DNA of 64,000 bases from the NCBI GenBank assembly GCA_011109175.1, contig RDEW01000020.1, positions 738,514-802,513 on the forward strand, given 5' to 3'. The DNA comes from Dicyema japonicum (taxonomy: Eukaryota > Animalia > Dicyemida). Under the pieces are notes generated by a model. It was not told the DNA's origin, ran no database searches, and saw nothing but the letters and a program-made list of their open reading frames with translations. Shown here in pieces: positions 47,491 through 61,570 of this stretch. The stretch's first letter is position 1. Every line of letters starts with the position of its first letter. A program made the translations under genes and the position numbers.

Positions 47491-48699
47491 ATCATCGTCA
47501 AGTATCTAACTTCTAAATATGGCATTGACCAAAAATATTCATACTATAAAGGAGATGGTCGAACTAGTACGTGAGACTAATTAAAAAGACCAGCGTCAAA
47601 AAGTTTCACGTCTATTCTTTGATTTTCTTAAGAACTCACGTGGATGAAAATGCGGCCTCAGTGGGAATCAAAAGCTTCAGTTGCTGTACAGCATAAGCCA
47701 GATAGTGTGCTTTATTATTAGTCATCGGGGGACATAACTATTATAGAAGTGGGAATTACGTTGCAAACAGTTGAGATACGCTCTTCTCGCAACGAATAAA
47801 AACAAGAAAGATTGCATGAATGATGGTGACTAATTGGATTGTCAAGAAATCTTAATACAGTAAACCCTCATTAATCCGAACCAAAAAATTTCGATGCCCT
47901 TCGGATTGTGAAGGTATAAATACACTAATTTAATAGTAATTAATATTTATTTTTTTCACATATCGGAATAAAAGAAAGTGTAACAAATTATTTAAATCAA
48001 TAAATCGTTGTCTTTTATTTCTTTGAATTAACTCTTCTAACTTCTTCATTGTACTTAAATTTTTCAATGTTCCAGATTTTATCATTTCTGAAATTCATTG
48101 ATTTTTGTACTTTCTTCTATAATGTTAATTGCATTTAATAATTCAATTGGCGAAAATTCTCCATTGTTCTCTCCATTTTCAGCGTCAGTAATTTCCTCGT
48201 CGATATTATAAGCTTCACAAAAAAGGTGACGATTTCGTTCTTGTCGAGGGTTTTTGTATGAGTTATTTCTTCCAGTTCTTTTTTGTACACGCCCAAAACA
48301 GGATCTTGCATTATATCTTCATCATATGAATCCAGACATTTTATTGTGCCTTCTTTTACTTCATTCCATGCGTGAGATATCATAATGATGGCCTTCAGTA
48401 AATTAACAAAAAATTCTTTTTCCAAATCAAGGGCTTCCGTATAATCCAAAATAAGCCTTTTTCTATAATAATGCTTAAAGTTCTTGATTATTCCTGCAAC
48501 CATTGGTTGAAGATGAGCATTTGAGTTCTTTGGAAGAAATACAATTTCAATGTTTTCAAAAATTTTCATCAAAACGTGGCTTGGAGCATTATCAATCAGT
48601 AAAAAACTATTTTCCGTAACAGATAGATAACATGATTTATTCGCAAAACCCCAACTAACTAAACAAGGAAAGAGCCATTAACTAAAGAGGAAAGCCAAG

Positions 48700-49450
48700 A
48701 TTTGGGGTCGTCTATATCGGGGCACTCTCATGAGACACCGTATGTCTCTTCTCCGTAAAAAGCCCCAATTACAATGCGAGTTTCCACAAGCAATGTAATA
48801 AATCACCGATTCTTCTCGTTTTTCTTTCGTATTCGTCATCAATTTCAGATGCTAAATCCAATCCATGTGCTTCAATTTAGTTTCGTTTATAATTAGAACT
48901 TCCATCTGGATCGTGCTGGCTATAGCAACCAGCACTGAGGCCCGTTTCCGAAGAGAACGGGCATTAATCAGGGTTATCCTGACTACTTCTGGTTTTTTCG
49001 GTGGCTGCCCTCTCTTCTTAAGAGCACCACTCTCTTCTCTGTGTTGAAGCTTCTACTGTTTCTTTTTTAGAAGGTTTCTTATTATATGTCGTATTCCAGC
49101 CAGTCTGCCCATACATTCTAAACTCTGACTTTAATTTCTTATTCGTTCCAATTTTGGAAACTTCACTTTCTCCATTATGGGCATTTTCTCGTTTTAGAAA
49201 TAATTTTCCATTCGATTCTTTCCTTTTTTGGTCAATTTTGTTTTTCTTCGCAATGTTAGCTTCAACAGCCTTGGGGCATCTTCCATAATTGGCAAAGTGG
49301 GTGGATGAACCACAATTCACACACGACTTATTATTGTTTGTAACCTGTCACTGCGATCTTCTATGTGGCCTGAACAAACAAGACATCTTTTAACATATTT
49401 CCATTAGGACTGCAGTATGTTTCTCAACCTCGTTTTATATTCCTTCGTCT
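48700..49450 (-). mobile_element. LINE ORF1 (gag-like CCHC knuckles) fragment nested in Tigger
   Basis: CLVCSGH...CVNCGSSTHFANYGRCPK. Confidence 0.6.
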
Positions 49451-50067
49451 TGTAGCACCAGTGGCACCACTTATTCACCAGTGGCACCACACTCAATTTT
49501 CCGAAACATTTTAAATCATCACTAAGATGAGTGATGAAAACATTAAAAAGTTCTGTTGTCATACAAGTCCTTTTATTTGAATATCACAATATTTTTCAAA
49601 ATCAAAATTTTTCAAACATCTTGGCCTTTTACTATCCCCAATAACAAAGGGTTTAATTTTTATAGTTACAGTTGCATTAGCACAAAGAGCTATAGTGATC
49701 CTCACTTTTGATTGTTTTATGCTTTTTCTATCTTAAGAAATAAAAATTTATTAACAATAAAATATTATTTATTAACTATGGGGGAGAGCGGCTGCTGAAA
49801 TCACGGAGTAAGCGTTTCCGTGGACAACTGCGATGTCAATTCATTGCAGTTTCATCCATGTTTAGCAATACTTCAGAGTCAACTTCTTTTAACTTATCAA
49901 TCATATTTTGTCTATTGAAATTAATTTCATCTTGTGTTAAGCTGTTAGCTTCTCCATGAAGAACTTTTAGTTAAGATTAAATCTTACTTTAAATCTATGT
50001 AGCCAGCCTTTACTAAATTCAAGATCGTTGATTCCCAACTTTTCATCAATTATTTTAGCTTTTAATT

Positions 50068-50400
50068 TAATTTATTAACCCCGGATACACCGAAAAAGAA
50101 GTTAAAGTAAACAACTAGTTAAGTGTATCCAGTTTCCACTTCTACAGAAACAGTGTACATCCTGAATAAGCATAAAAGGTAAGACGTCCATTACATGCAG
50201 TTGTGGAAACCACTCCAGTGGAGTGGGGAAGATTCAAATGATCCTTTTTCATGCCGGCCTGGCACTGGGCATCAACTATACAAGTGGATCACATGACGCC
50301 ACTCTATTAGGAAGAGAGAGGAGGAACAGACAAGCAAGCAGAAAACTTCAACCAATTAACCACGCATCACCACATGGCGCCACGGAGAAAAAAGTTTAAG
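50068..50400 (-). mobile_element. Short non-autonomous family A derivative inserted into the Tigger transposase
   Basis: Interrupts EDIIT|LKAKIIDEKLG with a probable TTAAA duplication; hairpin ctggatacact/ggtgtatccgg. Confidence 0.88.
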
Positions 50401-51014
50401 TGATGATATCTTCAGTAATAAAACCATTGATTGCATTCATTCTTGAAATCCATTCAACAAGGGAATTATCAGTTGATGATGTTTACCAGCTGGCTGTCTT
50501 GACTTGTTAATCATAGATTCAGTTTTCCCATTTTCACGATTTTTAAGAATTTCTGAAAGTGTTGAAATTCCCAAATAAAGGTTCATTTTTATTTCACAGA
50601 TATGGGATAATTCTCTGAGAGTCATTTTTGGTGTATTTTTTATTCCACAAATCTTTCTTTTCTGAGCAATAGAAATTTCAGTCCTTTTTCTAACCATGTG
50701 GTACTGTTAAATTTTAAATTTTAATTTTAAATTAATTTAAATGTACAATAAAAACAAAATAAATTAATCCGAAATTTTTAATAAATGTCTTTCAGATTGC
50801 GGATAATGAAGTTTCGGTTAATTGAAGCCTGTTTGTATGGAATCTTCGTAAAATTTTGCTGACTCATTAAAAAATTCGGATTATTGAAGTTTTCGGATGA
50901 ATGAGGGTTTACTGTATTATAAGGTTGTGATAACCTGTCCACCAAGTTTACTATTAAATTCGTCTGTTTAATAATTTTTAGTATCAAAAAGACATGGTCA
51001 TATTTTGAATCATG

Positions 51015-51285
51015 TTGTTCCTTGTGGTACCATGTGACTACGTAATTGAATATTTCTATTTTTTCTAGCGGCGTCATCGGATCCACCTTACTCAGGAAAC
51101 GCCCAATGTCTGCCCGGCATTCAAAGGGATCCACCTTTTCATTACGCCTGGAGACTATTTTGACCTCTGGTGACGAGTTCTGGTTTTGACCTGCCTGGAT
51201 GAGGCTATACTGGGACGCGTCAGGATCACGGGACTAGTTAGTTGAATTTTACTTCTGTTTTTTGGAATAATTTTATTTATTTAAG
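51015..51285 (+). mobile_element. Short non-autonomous family A derivative
   Basis: tgtggtaccatgtgact head; gcggcgtcatcggatccacc...caaagggatccacc body similar to 62730-62975; ggatcacgg end. Confidence 0.7.
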
Positions 51286-51299
51286 GCATCGTCATGTAG

Positions 51300-51790
51300 T
51301 CTGAATCAAATGCAACTAGATTAAGAATTTTTCTCTAAAGATTTTCCTCCTTCTTGGGCCAAAACAAATAAACATCACATCTATCAGAATGACGATTTAT
51401 TTCTTCCAAAAAGGGTCTTTCTCTTCTCTACCCAAGTGGAGGGATAGCCATAATGACGTTTACTGGCAAAAAATGTGATGCTTCAAAAATTACTTCCAAT
51501 CCGACCGTAGGAACTGGATAAAATCTAAACTGCCTATTCTAGAATCACTAATTATCCTCAGTCCAGAGATCTTCAAATTCTTTCAATCTTTAGACATGCG
51601 AGATTCAAGGTCAAGTATTAGTGCATTCCAATCTTTTTTGGTTTAGAAACATTATGTGTCAGTGTCCTCTGAGTCTTTTATTTAATTCATAGCATACAAG
51701 AGCTACATCAGAAGCTCAACCCTTAGATCAATAAATAGCTAAGAGCTTAAAAGTAGTTAATTTTGGGAATGAGGACCATAGTACATCGTC
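51300..51790 (-). mobile_element. Possible piggyBac-like transposase C-terminal remnant
   Basis: RKFGRCTMVL...; Cys/His-rich C-terminal remnant; heavily decayed. Confidence 0.35.
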
Positions 51791-54700
51791 CAAATTTTCT
51801 AATAGTAAAAAAACTATATTTTTATCATAATTGAGTTATTAGTAAAGAATTTATTATTTTTATCATAGTTGAGTTTTTTAGTAAAGAATTTATTATTTTT
51901 ATCAATTTTGGCTGAGATGGTGACGTCTTTCAATTGTACGTATGTCTTAGGCACACCTTATCAAAAACCATGACCTATACACAGTTTGTAAATCGAAGCA
52001 TTTGATACAATTATTACTAAGACCCAATGGGGATTATTCTGGCACATATTACAAAAAAATCATGCAGATCCTGCTACGATATTATGAATCATTCATCCTC
52101 TGCTCAGGGGCTTAGAATACACAGATAACAGCCTCAGAAAAATCGCACTCTCGAGAAGAGGGTGAAGGAGTCTAACAGATCGGATCATCCTGGGGGTAGC
52201 ACAAGCGACGGGAAGGATGTAACTTTCTTATTGAGAATGCACATTATAATCATAGTAAAGAATTCATTAAATACTTGATTATCGACAATAAAATGTTGGT
52301 CGATTATTCATGCAGTCAGGTAATCCAGGGTAAATGCAAAAGTAGTTGTCAAGTTTCGAAAGTGACACACCTCACTAACTCAAATAGAAATTATTTCCAC
52401 TTGGGCATTTCAAATAAAAAAAATCAATACTAATTTTAATTTTAATGAGCAAATATATTTTAAGAAAAATATTAATTTCTGAGAATGAGACATGCTCAAT
52501 AAACAAAAATATCATGAAATACTAATTTAGAGGGAGTTAGTGAACTGGTACTGGTGGGTAGAATTCAATATCATCAAAATAGTCATAAATTAAAGTCTTA
52601 ACTTTGCTGAGAAATATATCAATAACAAGCGTCTACCAAAGAGAACACTTGGTCCTCTCTTGTTTGCCATAAAGATTGATGACTTCGCTAGTAATCTATG
52701 CTCTCCATTTAATGAATGGTATCTGCAATTGGAAGCCCAAGTAACACCGTGTTAAGACTTACTTGGGGAAGATCAGGCAGATGTACTCATATGACGCTAT
52801 CTGTTTTAAAATTTTGTAAAAAAGCCAAAAAGACCATACCTTGAAAAAATTAGGTTTTTTTGCGGCAAACTATGCGACTTTTAGCGTATTCCAGAAAAAA
52901 TATAAATACTGGACGTGTCAATTGCTGTACTTAGTTTCCTGTTGAGTTGTATTTAGGAAATTACAATTAACAGTCCCAAATATTAGACCAGGCTCTGGAA
53001 AACACTGAACTTGTCCCTAACAGGATTTTTGTCATTGATTAAGTCGTCAGTCATGTACTCTATGATTTTTAACCAATAGCATGATGGACTGAACTTTATG
53101 GGTAGAAAAATCATTATCGACATAGCCAAACAAAAAAACGAGAAGACAGTCCAACCATATTTCCACAAAACGTGAATTACATGACAGTAGTTTTTTCCCA
53201 CCTACAGCATTTTATTGTTCAGCAAGTATTTAGATGACCTATATTCAGTGTTCCTCCCCTTACTGTTCTTACACTTCTCTGCCTGACTCAGATTCGTCTA
53301 ATTCTAATTCACAGTCCGTAAGGCAATGGAAATAATTATTTTAGACGAAGTGTAACAATTAAATAAAGTTCAAGTGTACAAGATATGAAAATCTGGCATA
53401 AATTGTTTATATGACAGTCGGATTTACCCTCAGTTTTAACGCCATTAAGTCATAGGCTGACATTACACGTGACTCACCTAGGTAGCGGTATTGATCACTT
53501 GAAGTGTTGAAAAAAAGTCGCAAGTACTTTTTTGGCAATCATGGAGACATAGATGGTGTCATATAAGAATTCCACAAAAAACAAAAATTAATATATACCT
53601 CCAAGGCGCGCATCAACTTCTCACGAACACTGTGGCCCGCATATACGTACTTTACTGACAACACTTACACGGTTCCCTGATAAATGATTTCTGTTAGATT
53701 GACTTCGTCGTCAGACACCTCAATCAGATCATACTACGAGCTAATTCATTCCGATGAGCACTCGGAACATAACAAATTTCGAATCACTCGGAAATCAAAC
53801 AAATTTCGACAAAATGTTCGGAAGCTGTGGTGAAAATGGCCACAAAAATAACTCTTCCTCTTTATTATAAAAATCGATAAAAATGCTCTCCACATCTAAT
53901 TGCTCACCGAGATCCTGGTCCGACTCCCAATGAGGTCATATGAGAAGGAATGTTCCACGATGCTTCACGGATTGACGAGTGATGCCGTCATCAGTGATTC
54001 ATCGCTACGAAATCAGACTGTCTCAGGACTTAAACAAAAGCAAAAAATAAAAAAAGATGTTAAGAGCACTTTCGTCGTCTTGGATTAATTTCTAGGATTT
54101 CTCTGCTTAAGCTGAGATGAGTAGTGAAAACATTACTACTCAGGCGTCGACAGAAGAGGATTACAAATTTTTGAAAAAACATCAATCCTGACTCGTATAT
54201 AACAGCACGTGGGTAGTAATAAAGAAGAATGAGAGTCACATGCGAACTCTATCGCAATAAGGCATTCTAACCGTCTCTTGTTGAAACAACATTTTTAACA
54301 ACCACCAGAAAGCATATAACACGTGTGGATATTTTAACGACTATCACTTAATCTACCAGTATTTTAGAAAAAAAACTATGCATTCTCTCAGAATCACTAT
54401 GAATATTTAAAAGTACACAATTTCAGACTAATGAACCCACCCAACTACTCTCAGAAAGATCTCTCGGGTTTGAGCAACGTGTTTACTTTAAAAGACATAT
54501 GGGAGAATCTACCAATTAACCGTTTTCACAGTATTAAGCTTCATTTATAGTCTCATGAAATCAATGCAATATTCTTAAACCGTTATTTTACCAAAAAATA
54601 CCAATAAGGAAGGTTCCAACGTTTTTTGAAATTACAAAAATGGAGATTGGTCAGAATAATCCATTAAAAAGAAAATTTTATACTAATTTTATTCTCTCGT

Positions 54701-56329
54701 AGTTTCAGATGTGCATGTCCATGGCTAGATGGAACTGTAAATTTCACTTTCAGCCATAGAACTTGTTGTATATACGTGCCAAATACGTAAAGTTGAACTC
54801 TTATTTTAGAATCATTAACAAAGATGTGGTCATTAGCGATTTACCAGAAAACTCAAAACTAATGATCTGCACTTTACAAAGAGCCATATAAGCTATTGCT
54901 CCTTCTAGGCAGGACACACTTTATTTTAAGCAAAGAATAGTTATAAAATAATCGACGAGGGAGAACCTAGAAAAACTCTTTCACTTTCTATTTTCTTTTG
55001 GTTGGGTATGAGTCCTTTTGTAGACGATCCATTTCTGCAGTGAGATGTTCACTGATGACGGCGTCACTTGTCAAGTCAAAGCATTGTAGATGTGTGGAAC
55101 GCTTCTTTTAAGTGAAAGAAACTGGTACCTACAGGAAAGTAACTACCAAAACGGACACTCCAGGATCCATCATATGTATCTAGTGTGGCGTATAACTCAA
55201 AGGTGGACTAAGAATCAATTTTCTTAAAAATAAACAAATTTTAAGAATTGATGTAAAATTGTTAATTAATTTTTATTAAAATTTCTTGTTATTTTATTTT
55301 TTAGACTTTAATTAAATTAATTAATTAAACTGAGGTGTGTTGTGTCACTTTTTGTTTTCTCGAATCATTAAATTGGGGAAATTTGGTCTCTCGTGTAGCA
55401 AAATATCCTTCATTTGATTTAAATGGGATTTTGCTGTCTAATGAGAATTATCTCCGAATCACTCATGTCGTGCCAAAGCTTCATCTTTACCTAGTGTTAA
55501 CTGTAACTATGGAAATGTGTCTTAGAAAAGTTAGGAAATTTGATCTCATTTAGATCGAATCAATCATCAATGAGAACAATCTAAAAGTCGTGAGATACTA
55601 CGAGAAGATTAGTAGCTCTGACCCCCGATTGTACCACTAAACTACTCTTATAGAAAAATTCTCCCATCATTGTTAAAATCATAAAAAATTGCAGTGAATT
55701 GTCAAAAAGTGTTTTATTTGAAAGTGGCATTTTTCGTGATGATTAGGTGAGGGCCGTCAAATGTGGGGAATCGAGGTTGTCCCTTCTCAATACACGCAAA
55801 AGGGAGAACTGGTTCTGGTGGAAAATCTCATCAGGTGTTTTGGGAGTGATTTTGTTAGTACTGAATCTCGTACTGGTTTCGATGAGATGTGGGCACTGCA
55901 AAATGATGACTCTGTTGTCGACTCCCATGACCACGTGGGCTCTCGTCTTCTTAGTTCATCTAACATTTCCTGGATAGGCTATTCGTCGAAGAAGCCAAGA
56001 CGGCTTACATTAAATCAGTTATGTTGATAAAAAAACTATTAAAAATATGGTGGTCGATCACAATCACGTCATCGCCGATGAAAATTTCGTCTCTACTTGA
56101 AATCAATTTTTGTAACTGGCACAAATTTATTCAAGTCATCCCTTTGAAGAGACAACATTTTCAACGCACAAATGATTTATGGTTAAATTATTTAAGAAAT
56201 AAATTATTGTGATTTAATTTATCAAAGTGTGAAAGTTAGTACACTTTTCCAAAAAATCAGATAATTCGAAATATAGGATTTTCTGTATATTTAATGTCAC
56301 CGTCCATAGCGTGGACACTTATTATTATA

Positions 56330-57900
56330 AGCAACATTCGTAAAATCATATAGATATAATTTCACTCGTGCAGCATTCAAAACAATCCTTCGAACAAACT
56401 TCTTCCAACCTCCTCGATCGTAAGAAAGCTTCCTCAACTCGCCCAGGTCTTCCCCACTTCTTAGATGTATGTTCACGAGCTTTAGATCTCCGTCAAGTAT
56501 TTCAGGTTATGTAATACGCCGGCGTTCACTAAAGCACGGTCCCTGTCTCATAAGGTAGTCCTCTATTGCTATGTTGCTGGAGCGCCCAAGTCCATATGCA
56601 AGATATGTCCAAATAGCCTCCAGCGCATATCTGCAATTTCGAGACTTAGTGGACACGTGCAACATCTCATGTACAGCGATTCCTTTTTTATTTTTGCTGG
56701 CCAGTTCAGTCCTAGTAGGAATCTAAGTTGTCTCGGTGGAAAAAGTCTAGTCCAATTTGTTCGGTTATGGATGTTCCCCATGTCGATGAATTGTACATTA
56801 GGATCGGCTTGACAAAGGCTTCATACAGTCTCAAACGAAGTGATGTGCAGGATCGTCGTTTACCAATCCACTCTTTCTTCAACTTGTTCATCGTTACCCA
56901 AGCGAAACAGAAATACCTCCCCTGCTGACGGAATCTACAACTCGTAGATGCGGTTCCAGATTTCTCCGGATTTGTGAAGAAGATGGACACCCACTAAGCC
57001 TCTCACTGTTCCACGCAAAAGAAAATCGGTTGGCTAAGAAATTTCCTTCCCCAATCGGCTTCCTTTGCAAGGATCAAAGAAGGTGGGGACAATGGAGACG
57101 CACAGGATTCGATGGCACGTTTGGTTGCGGAACTGGTATCACCTAACTAGTTGACTTTACTTTTGTCTCTCTTTCTCGGTGATCTCTGGGTTAATAAATA
57201 AATACCCAAGTGAGAACCTTCCTTCTGGAAATATTTTGACTGTCTCCAGCCAAGTTTGTTTGTTTTTCGCCATGTTTCACTGATCTGCTTTCCATTCTCC
57301 TAATTTCCACAACATCAGTTGTTGCGGTGTTCATTCCAGTAACCATCAGTTCAGCTCAGCAGGGGCCACCTCGAGGAGTCGAAGTAGGGCCGATTTGTCT
57401 TCTGACACAAAGTCGACGTCGTCCGCATAGGCAATTTCAGAACTTCCGAAGATCTCGTAATGACGCCTTCAGATATATGACAAATAGCAGGGGCGAAAGG
57501 GAATCTCCCTGGGGAGTACCAATATTGCACGTAAATTCACGAGGAAACGTCTTAAAGACCAGCAATCTGAGCTTCGTGTTGGATAGCAACACTCTGATCA
57601 TACTGACAGAATCAGGGTCCAAGAATTGTTCCAGTATCCTGAGAAGTAGATCACGACGGAACGTGTCAATGGCCCCAGAGAGGGCTATTCACAAAACTGT
57701 AGGTGCACTTTCAAATCTCTGGTTGATAGCGCAGCGCCACTTGTGGCTCCATACTACATCCGCAGTGGATCTTCCTGTCCTGAATCTACTGTGACTAGGG
57801 GATAGATAGTTGTCCACTTGTTCTCTAATTCAGTTAAACGTAACTAATGCCAGAAGTTTCCGTAGGGTGTTTAGCAGGATTATTGGACGTAGGTTTTCTA
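56330..57900 (-). mobile_element. RTE-like LINE RT region, interrupted by a family A 3' end (57000-57205, +)
   Basis: IGTPQGDSLSPLLFVIYL, YADD, LRLRLYEAFVKPILMYNSSTW, RWRLFGHIL. Confidence 0.85.
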
Positions 57901-58010
57901 AAATTTAAATACTGAAATTAATAGTGAATTAAAAAAATAATAAAACTGTCATATTATTTTTAAATAATTAGATATGGTAATAATTTTGGCGGAGAGATTA
58001 AATTTTAAAC

Positions 58011-60960
58011 GTGGCGTCATGTGGTCTACCAGTCATAACGTTTCTGGAGGAGCTCAGGGTGCACCTAATGCACCTAGGAAAAGGACCATTTGCTCACCCC
58101 CATCCGAAGTTGGTTCCTTCGGACGGCTTCTTTTAACTCTTCTCCCATCAACTCTCAATGGGATCCTTCTACTACTCTCTGGCGACATCGAACTCAACCC
58201 AGGTCCCCAACTTTCAATTCTGCAGATTAACATCAACGGAATAAAGAGTAAAATTCTCGAATTAAGATCCTTCACAAACAACCAAAACATTGACGTGATC
58301 CTGCTTCAAGAAAGCAGGTTGACTCGATCCGCGACTACTCCTCATTTTCCAGGTTTCCACTGCATCCGCCTAGATCGCCCGAACCGCCTCGGTAGAGGCC
58401 TTCTTACCATCATCAGAAAGAACCTCCGTTATTCTGACATATCCGCTGAGCTTAAGTCGCTAACTAACGATGGGACCACGGAAATCTCCGGATTCTTAAT
58501 ATCAAACGGATCGAGTACTCTCAAAATTGCTAACATATATCTCAGTCCTCTTGCCGGAAAGGATTCTTGTTGGAGTTATCCAGACTAAACAACCTAGAAA
58601 ACCTAATACTTGTGGAGATTTTATTGCAAAGCTCCCTGCCTGGTTGAAATCGCAAACAACTGACTCAAGAGGACTATCCCTAGTAAACCAACTCTCCTCT
58701 ATGACAATCCTCAACAGCCCCACATTGCATACGAGAACTCCATTCAAGGAAGGTGACTCATCTACATCCCCCGACATCACTTTCTGTTCATCTACTTTTG
58801 GACCCAACATTTCATGGACAGTACATTACGGATTATCCTCCGATCATAATCCAATAATCATTCGATTCAAAAAATTTCTCTATCATCCAAAAACAACTGT
58901 TTCTTTCTTCAACTACAAAAAAGCAAATTGGGACGGCTACTCAAAACATGTTGACCAGGCTCTACTTTGCTTTGAGTTGAACATATTCCGTTCTATTGAT
59001 GAGGTCGTCTACCATTTGAACAAAATAATTCTTGATGCTCGTAGTAGATTCATCCCTCGTGGAAGGTTCAAATACTACAACGAATTTTTGGATCAGAATA
59101 CCAAATCACTAATCAGAGAAAGAAACCGCTTGAAAAGACACGTACCTCCCCTCCCGGGACAGAAATCCCAGACAAAGTCTCTCAATGATGAAATTTCAAG
59201 AAGGATCAGAAGGGCTGAAGCAAACAAGTGGGAAAAGCGAATCTGCTCTCTCCCATTTCATAAATCTGCCCAGATGGTCTGGAAGGCAATAAAAAGACTT
59301 GGCCCTAAAGAAAACTCCACCTCGAAACAAAAGACAGACCAACACAGCTTAAATAAACTAATGAAGTATTATACCGGTATAAGTCACAAAACCTTCAAGA
59401 AAATGGATGGACCCTCTTTGTTCTCGATGAGACCTAAAAGAATCCCGCCGATCACCTTTATTTCTCATTCAAACGTATTCGAAGGCTTGAGATGATTAAT
59501 CCTCCCGCTCTTGTGGTCCAGATGGCATCCCTTCAATACTTCTTAAACACCTTGGACCGGTTACTATTGGGGTAATCTCCCTTATTTTCAACTATTCTTT
59601 GAACATGAATTCCATCCCTACGATTTGGAAACTTTCCCACATACGCCCAATACCAAAACCTGGCAAGGACAAAAACAATCCCGCTTCATACCGACCAATT
59701 TCTCTATTATGTTCATTTTCAAAATTATTGGAAAAACTGGTACTTGATCTCATTTCCCTGTCCCTTCCCTTCAGTTCCTCTCAACATGGCTTCAGAAAGT
59801 TCTATTCAACGTCCACACACCTTACTTCTCTCAATCAATTTATCCTTGATGGCTTCAACTCAAGTCCTCGTCACCTCAAAACCATCGTCTGCTCTGTGGA
59901 TCTGCGTAAAGCCTTTGACTCTGTCTCCAGGAAAACTTAACCAGGAAATTATTTGGGCACTCAATTAACCCCAATCTAAAACTCTGGCTTTCGAATTTCC
60001 TCAGCGGAAGAAGGGCCCGGGTTTGTATGGATGGGACCAAATCACTTTCGAGACTACTTCCCAATGGTGTTCCGCAAGGCTCTCCTTTGTCCCCCGCCTT
60101 ATTCAACCTTTTTATGTCCGATTTGCCACGATCAGTTGATAAAGACGATCTTCTCCTCTCCTATGCTGATGACATTCTAATTGGATCTCGTGACCAGGAT
60201 CTCCTAAAAGCCTCAGAAAGAGTTCAAAAACAACTACACGTGATTCAAATTGGTTAATCTCCAACAGATTTGATATATCTCCTGAGAAATCCTCCACATC
60301 CCTATTTACCTCAGACAAACGTCTTGGAAGAATGACCGTTAATTTATTTATCAACCAAACTAAAATACCTTTTACGAAGAAATTGAAAATCTTAGGAGTC
60401 GCCTTTGACACGCACATGACCTTCTCCCCTCATGTCGAATATATCTCCGGAACCTGCTCAAGAAAGCTTGGTTTGATCAAATCTATTTTTGGTGGCATCA
60501 GAACCCCTCTCCCAGCATTAAAACTACTACATAAACAATTCATTGAGCCATCTATCAGCTACGCCTGTGCGTCTTGGGGAATCAACCTATCCTGGACGAA
60601 CAAACAGAAAATCAGTGATATTCAGTCTATATCAGCTACAACTATCGGCAAGCTCGTGAGAACAGTCAGTCTCACACCCACCTCCTTGGAAGACCTTATC
60701 GGACAAAATGGGAAGGATTCGCCGCTCTGTGCCGAAAATCCAACTTCCTACAATGCTCCAATGGATTGGGTCTTACTAAAAGACTCTACATCACCCCTCT
60801 TAATTTTCTTTCAAAACCCTCCCGTCCTCAGAGAAGCTGTGTTGGATCTCGGAAGGTCTACCGGAAAAAGATGAGAGACCTGATGGAGGCGGCCGGGATC
60901 ACCTAATTAGTTTAATACAATTAAATTAACTATTGGTGTTCTTGGATTAAATAAATGGAG
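58011..60960 (+). mobile_element. Near full-length Ingi/Vingi-like LINE (family A): 2A-like peptide, APE, RT, no recognisable RNase H; frameshifted
   Basis: LLLLSGDIELNPGP (DIELNPGP at 58184-58207); LQININGI, LQES, GDF, SPDITF, SDHNPI; YRPISLL, DLRKAFDSV, GVPQGSPLSP, YADD; ends GGG ATC ACC TAA (60895-60906) plus hairpin. Confidence 0.95.
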
Positions 60961-61570
60961 GTGTCTTTTGTGGGTCTTTTCATAAAATTTATCGAAAAAA
61001 TCATGATTCAAATCACTAGCGGATTATTGTATATATCACTCTTTCAGGCGATTATATTCAACAAATAATGACCTATCAAATGAATAAGACCATTCCTGAG
61101 ATTTTTGATGGGTTAAAAACTATGATTAGACCTAGACTTCAGGAAAACAAGACCATCTCAACCGGTTTTGGGTCATTTCTCACTAAAGTTGCTTTTTTCT
61201 AGGAAGGAATCCCTCACGTAAACAATTTGCGAAAACTACTTTCAATTAAATTCGTAAAATCATATTTGAGTGACAATCTGCAATCTTTTGTCTACTTAAC
61301 ATTGGAAAATAATAATTTCCTCATTTGAGCTCTTGATGTAGCATATGTGCAGATTTTTTTTAAATAAAAAATAAATCAATAAAATCGACTGAAAAAAATT
61401 AATTTATTAATTTTATAAATTATCACTTTTAAAAAATAGAGAAATAATTGGTGGAAAGGAAAACCATAAGAATTTAATAAAAGTTCAAAAACGTCACTAA
61501 TAAATAGGGATGGTTGTTTTTGCTGATAAAGCACAAAAATAAATTGTAGTTTTTTTTTATTTTTTAGATT

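Larger units (their letters stand above)
47858..50914 (-). mobile_element. Complete Tigger/pogo DNA transposon, disrupted by two nested insertions
   Basis: 23-bp TIRs CAGTAAACCCTCATTAATCCGAA (47858-47880) and the inverse at 50892-50914 (22/23), with TA on both sides. CENP-B-type HTH at 50697-50437; FSKGWLHRFK...HGEA...NMDET at ~50000-49840; LLIDNAPSH and FLPKN..LQPM..GIIKNFKHYY at 48610-48135. Confidence 0.93.

Noticed and set aside
50778-51134. 118-aa ORF as a novel protein
   Set aside because: It is a chimera read across a short LINE derivative, a spacer and the Tigger TIR.
57327-57794. 155-aa plus-strand ORF, and similar ORFs at 9633, 11329, 38418 and 59876
   Set aside because: Antisense shadows of RT or LINE coding regions.
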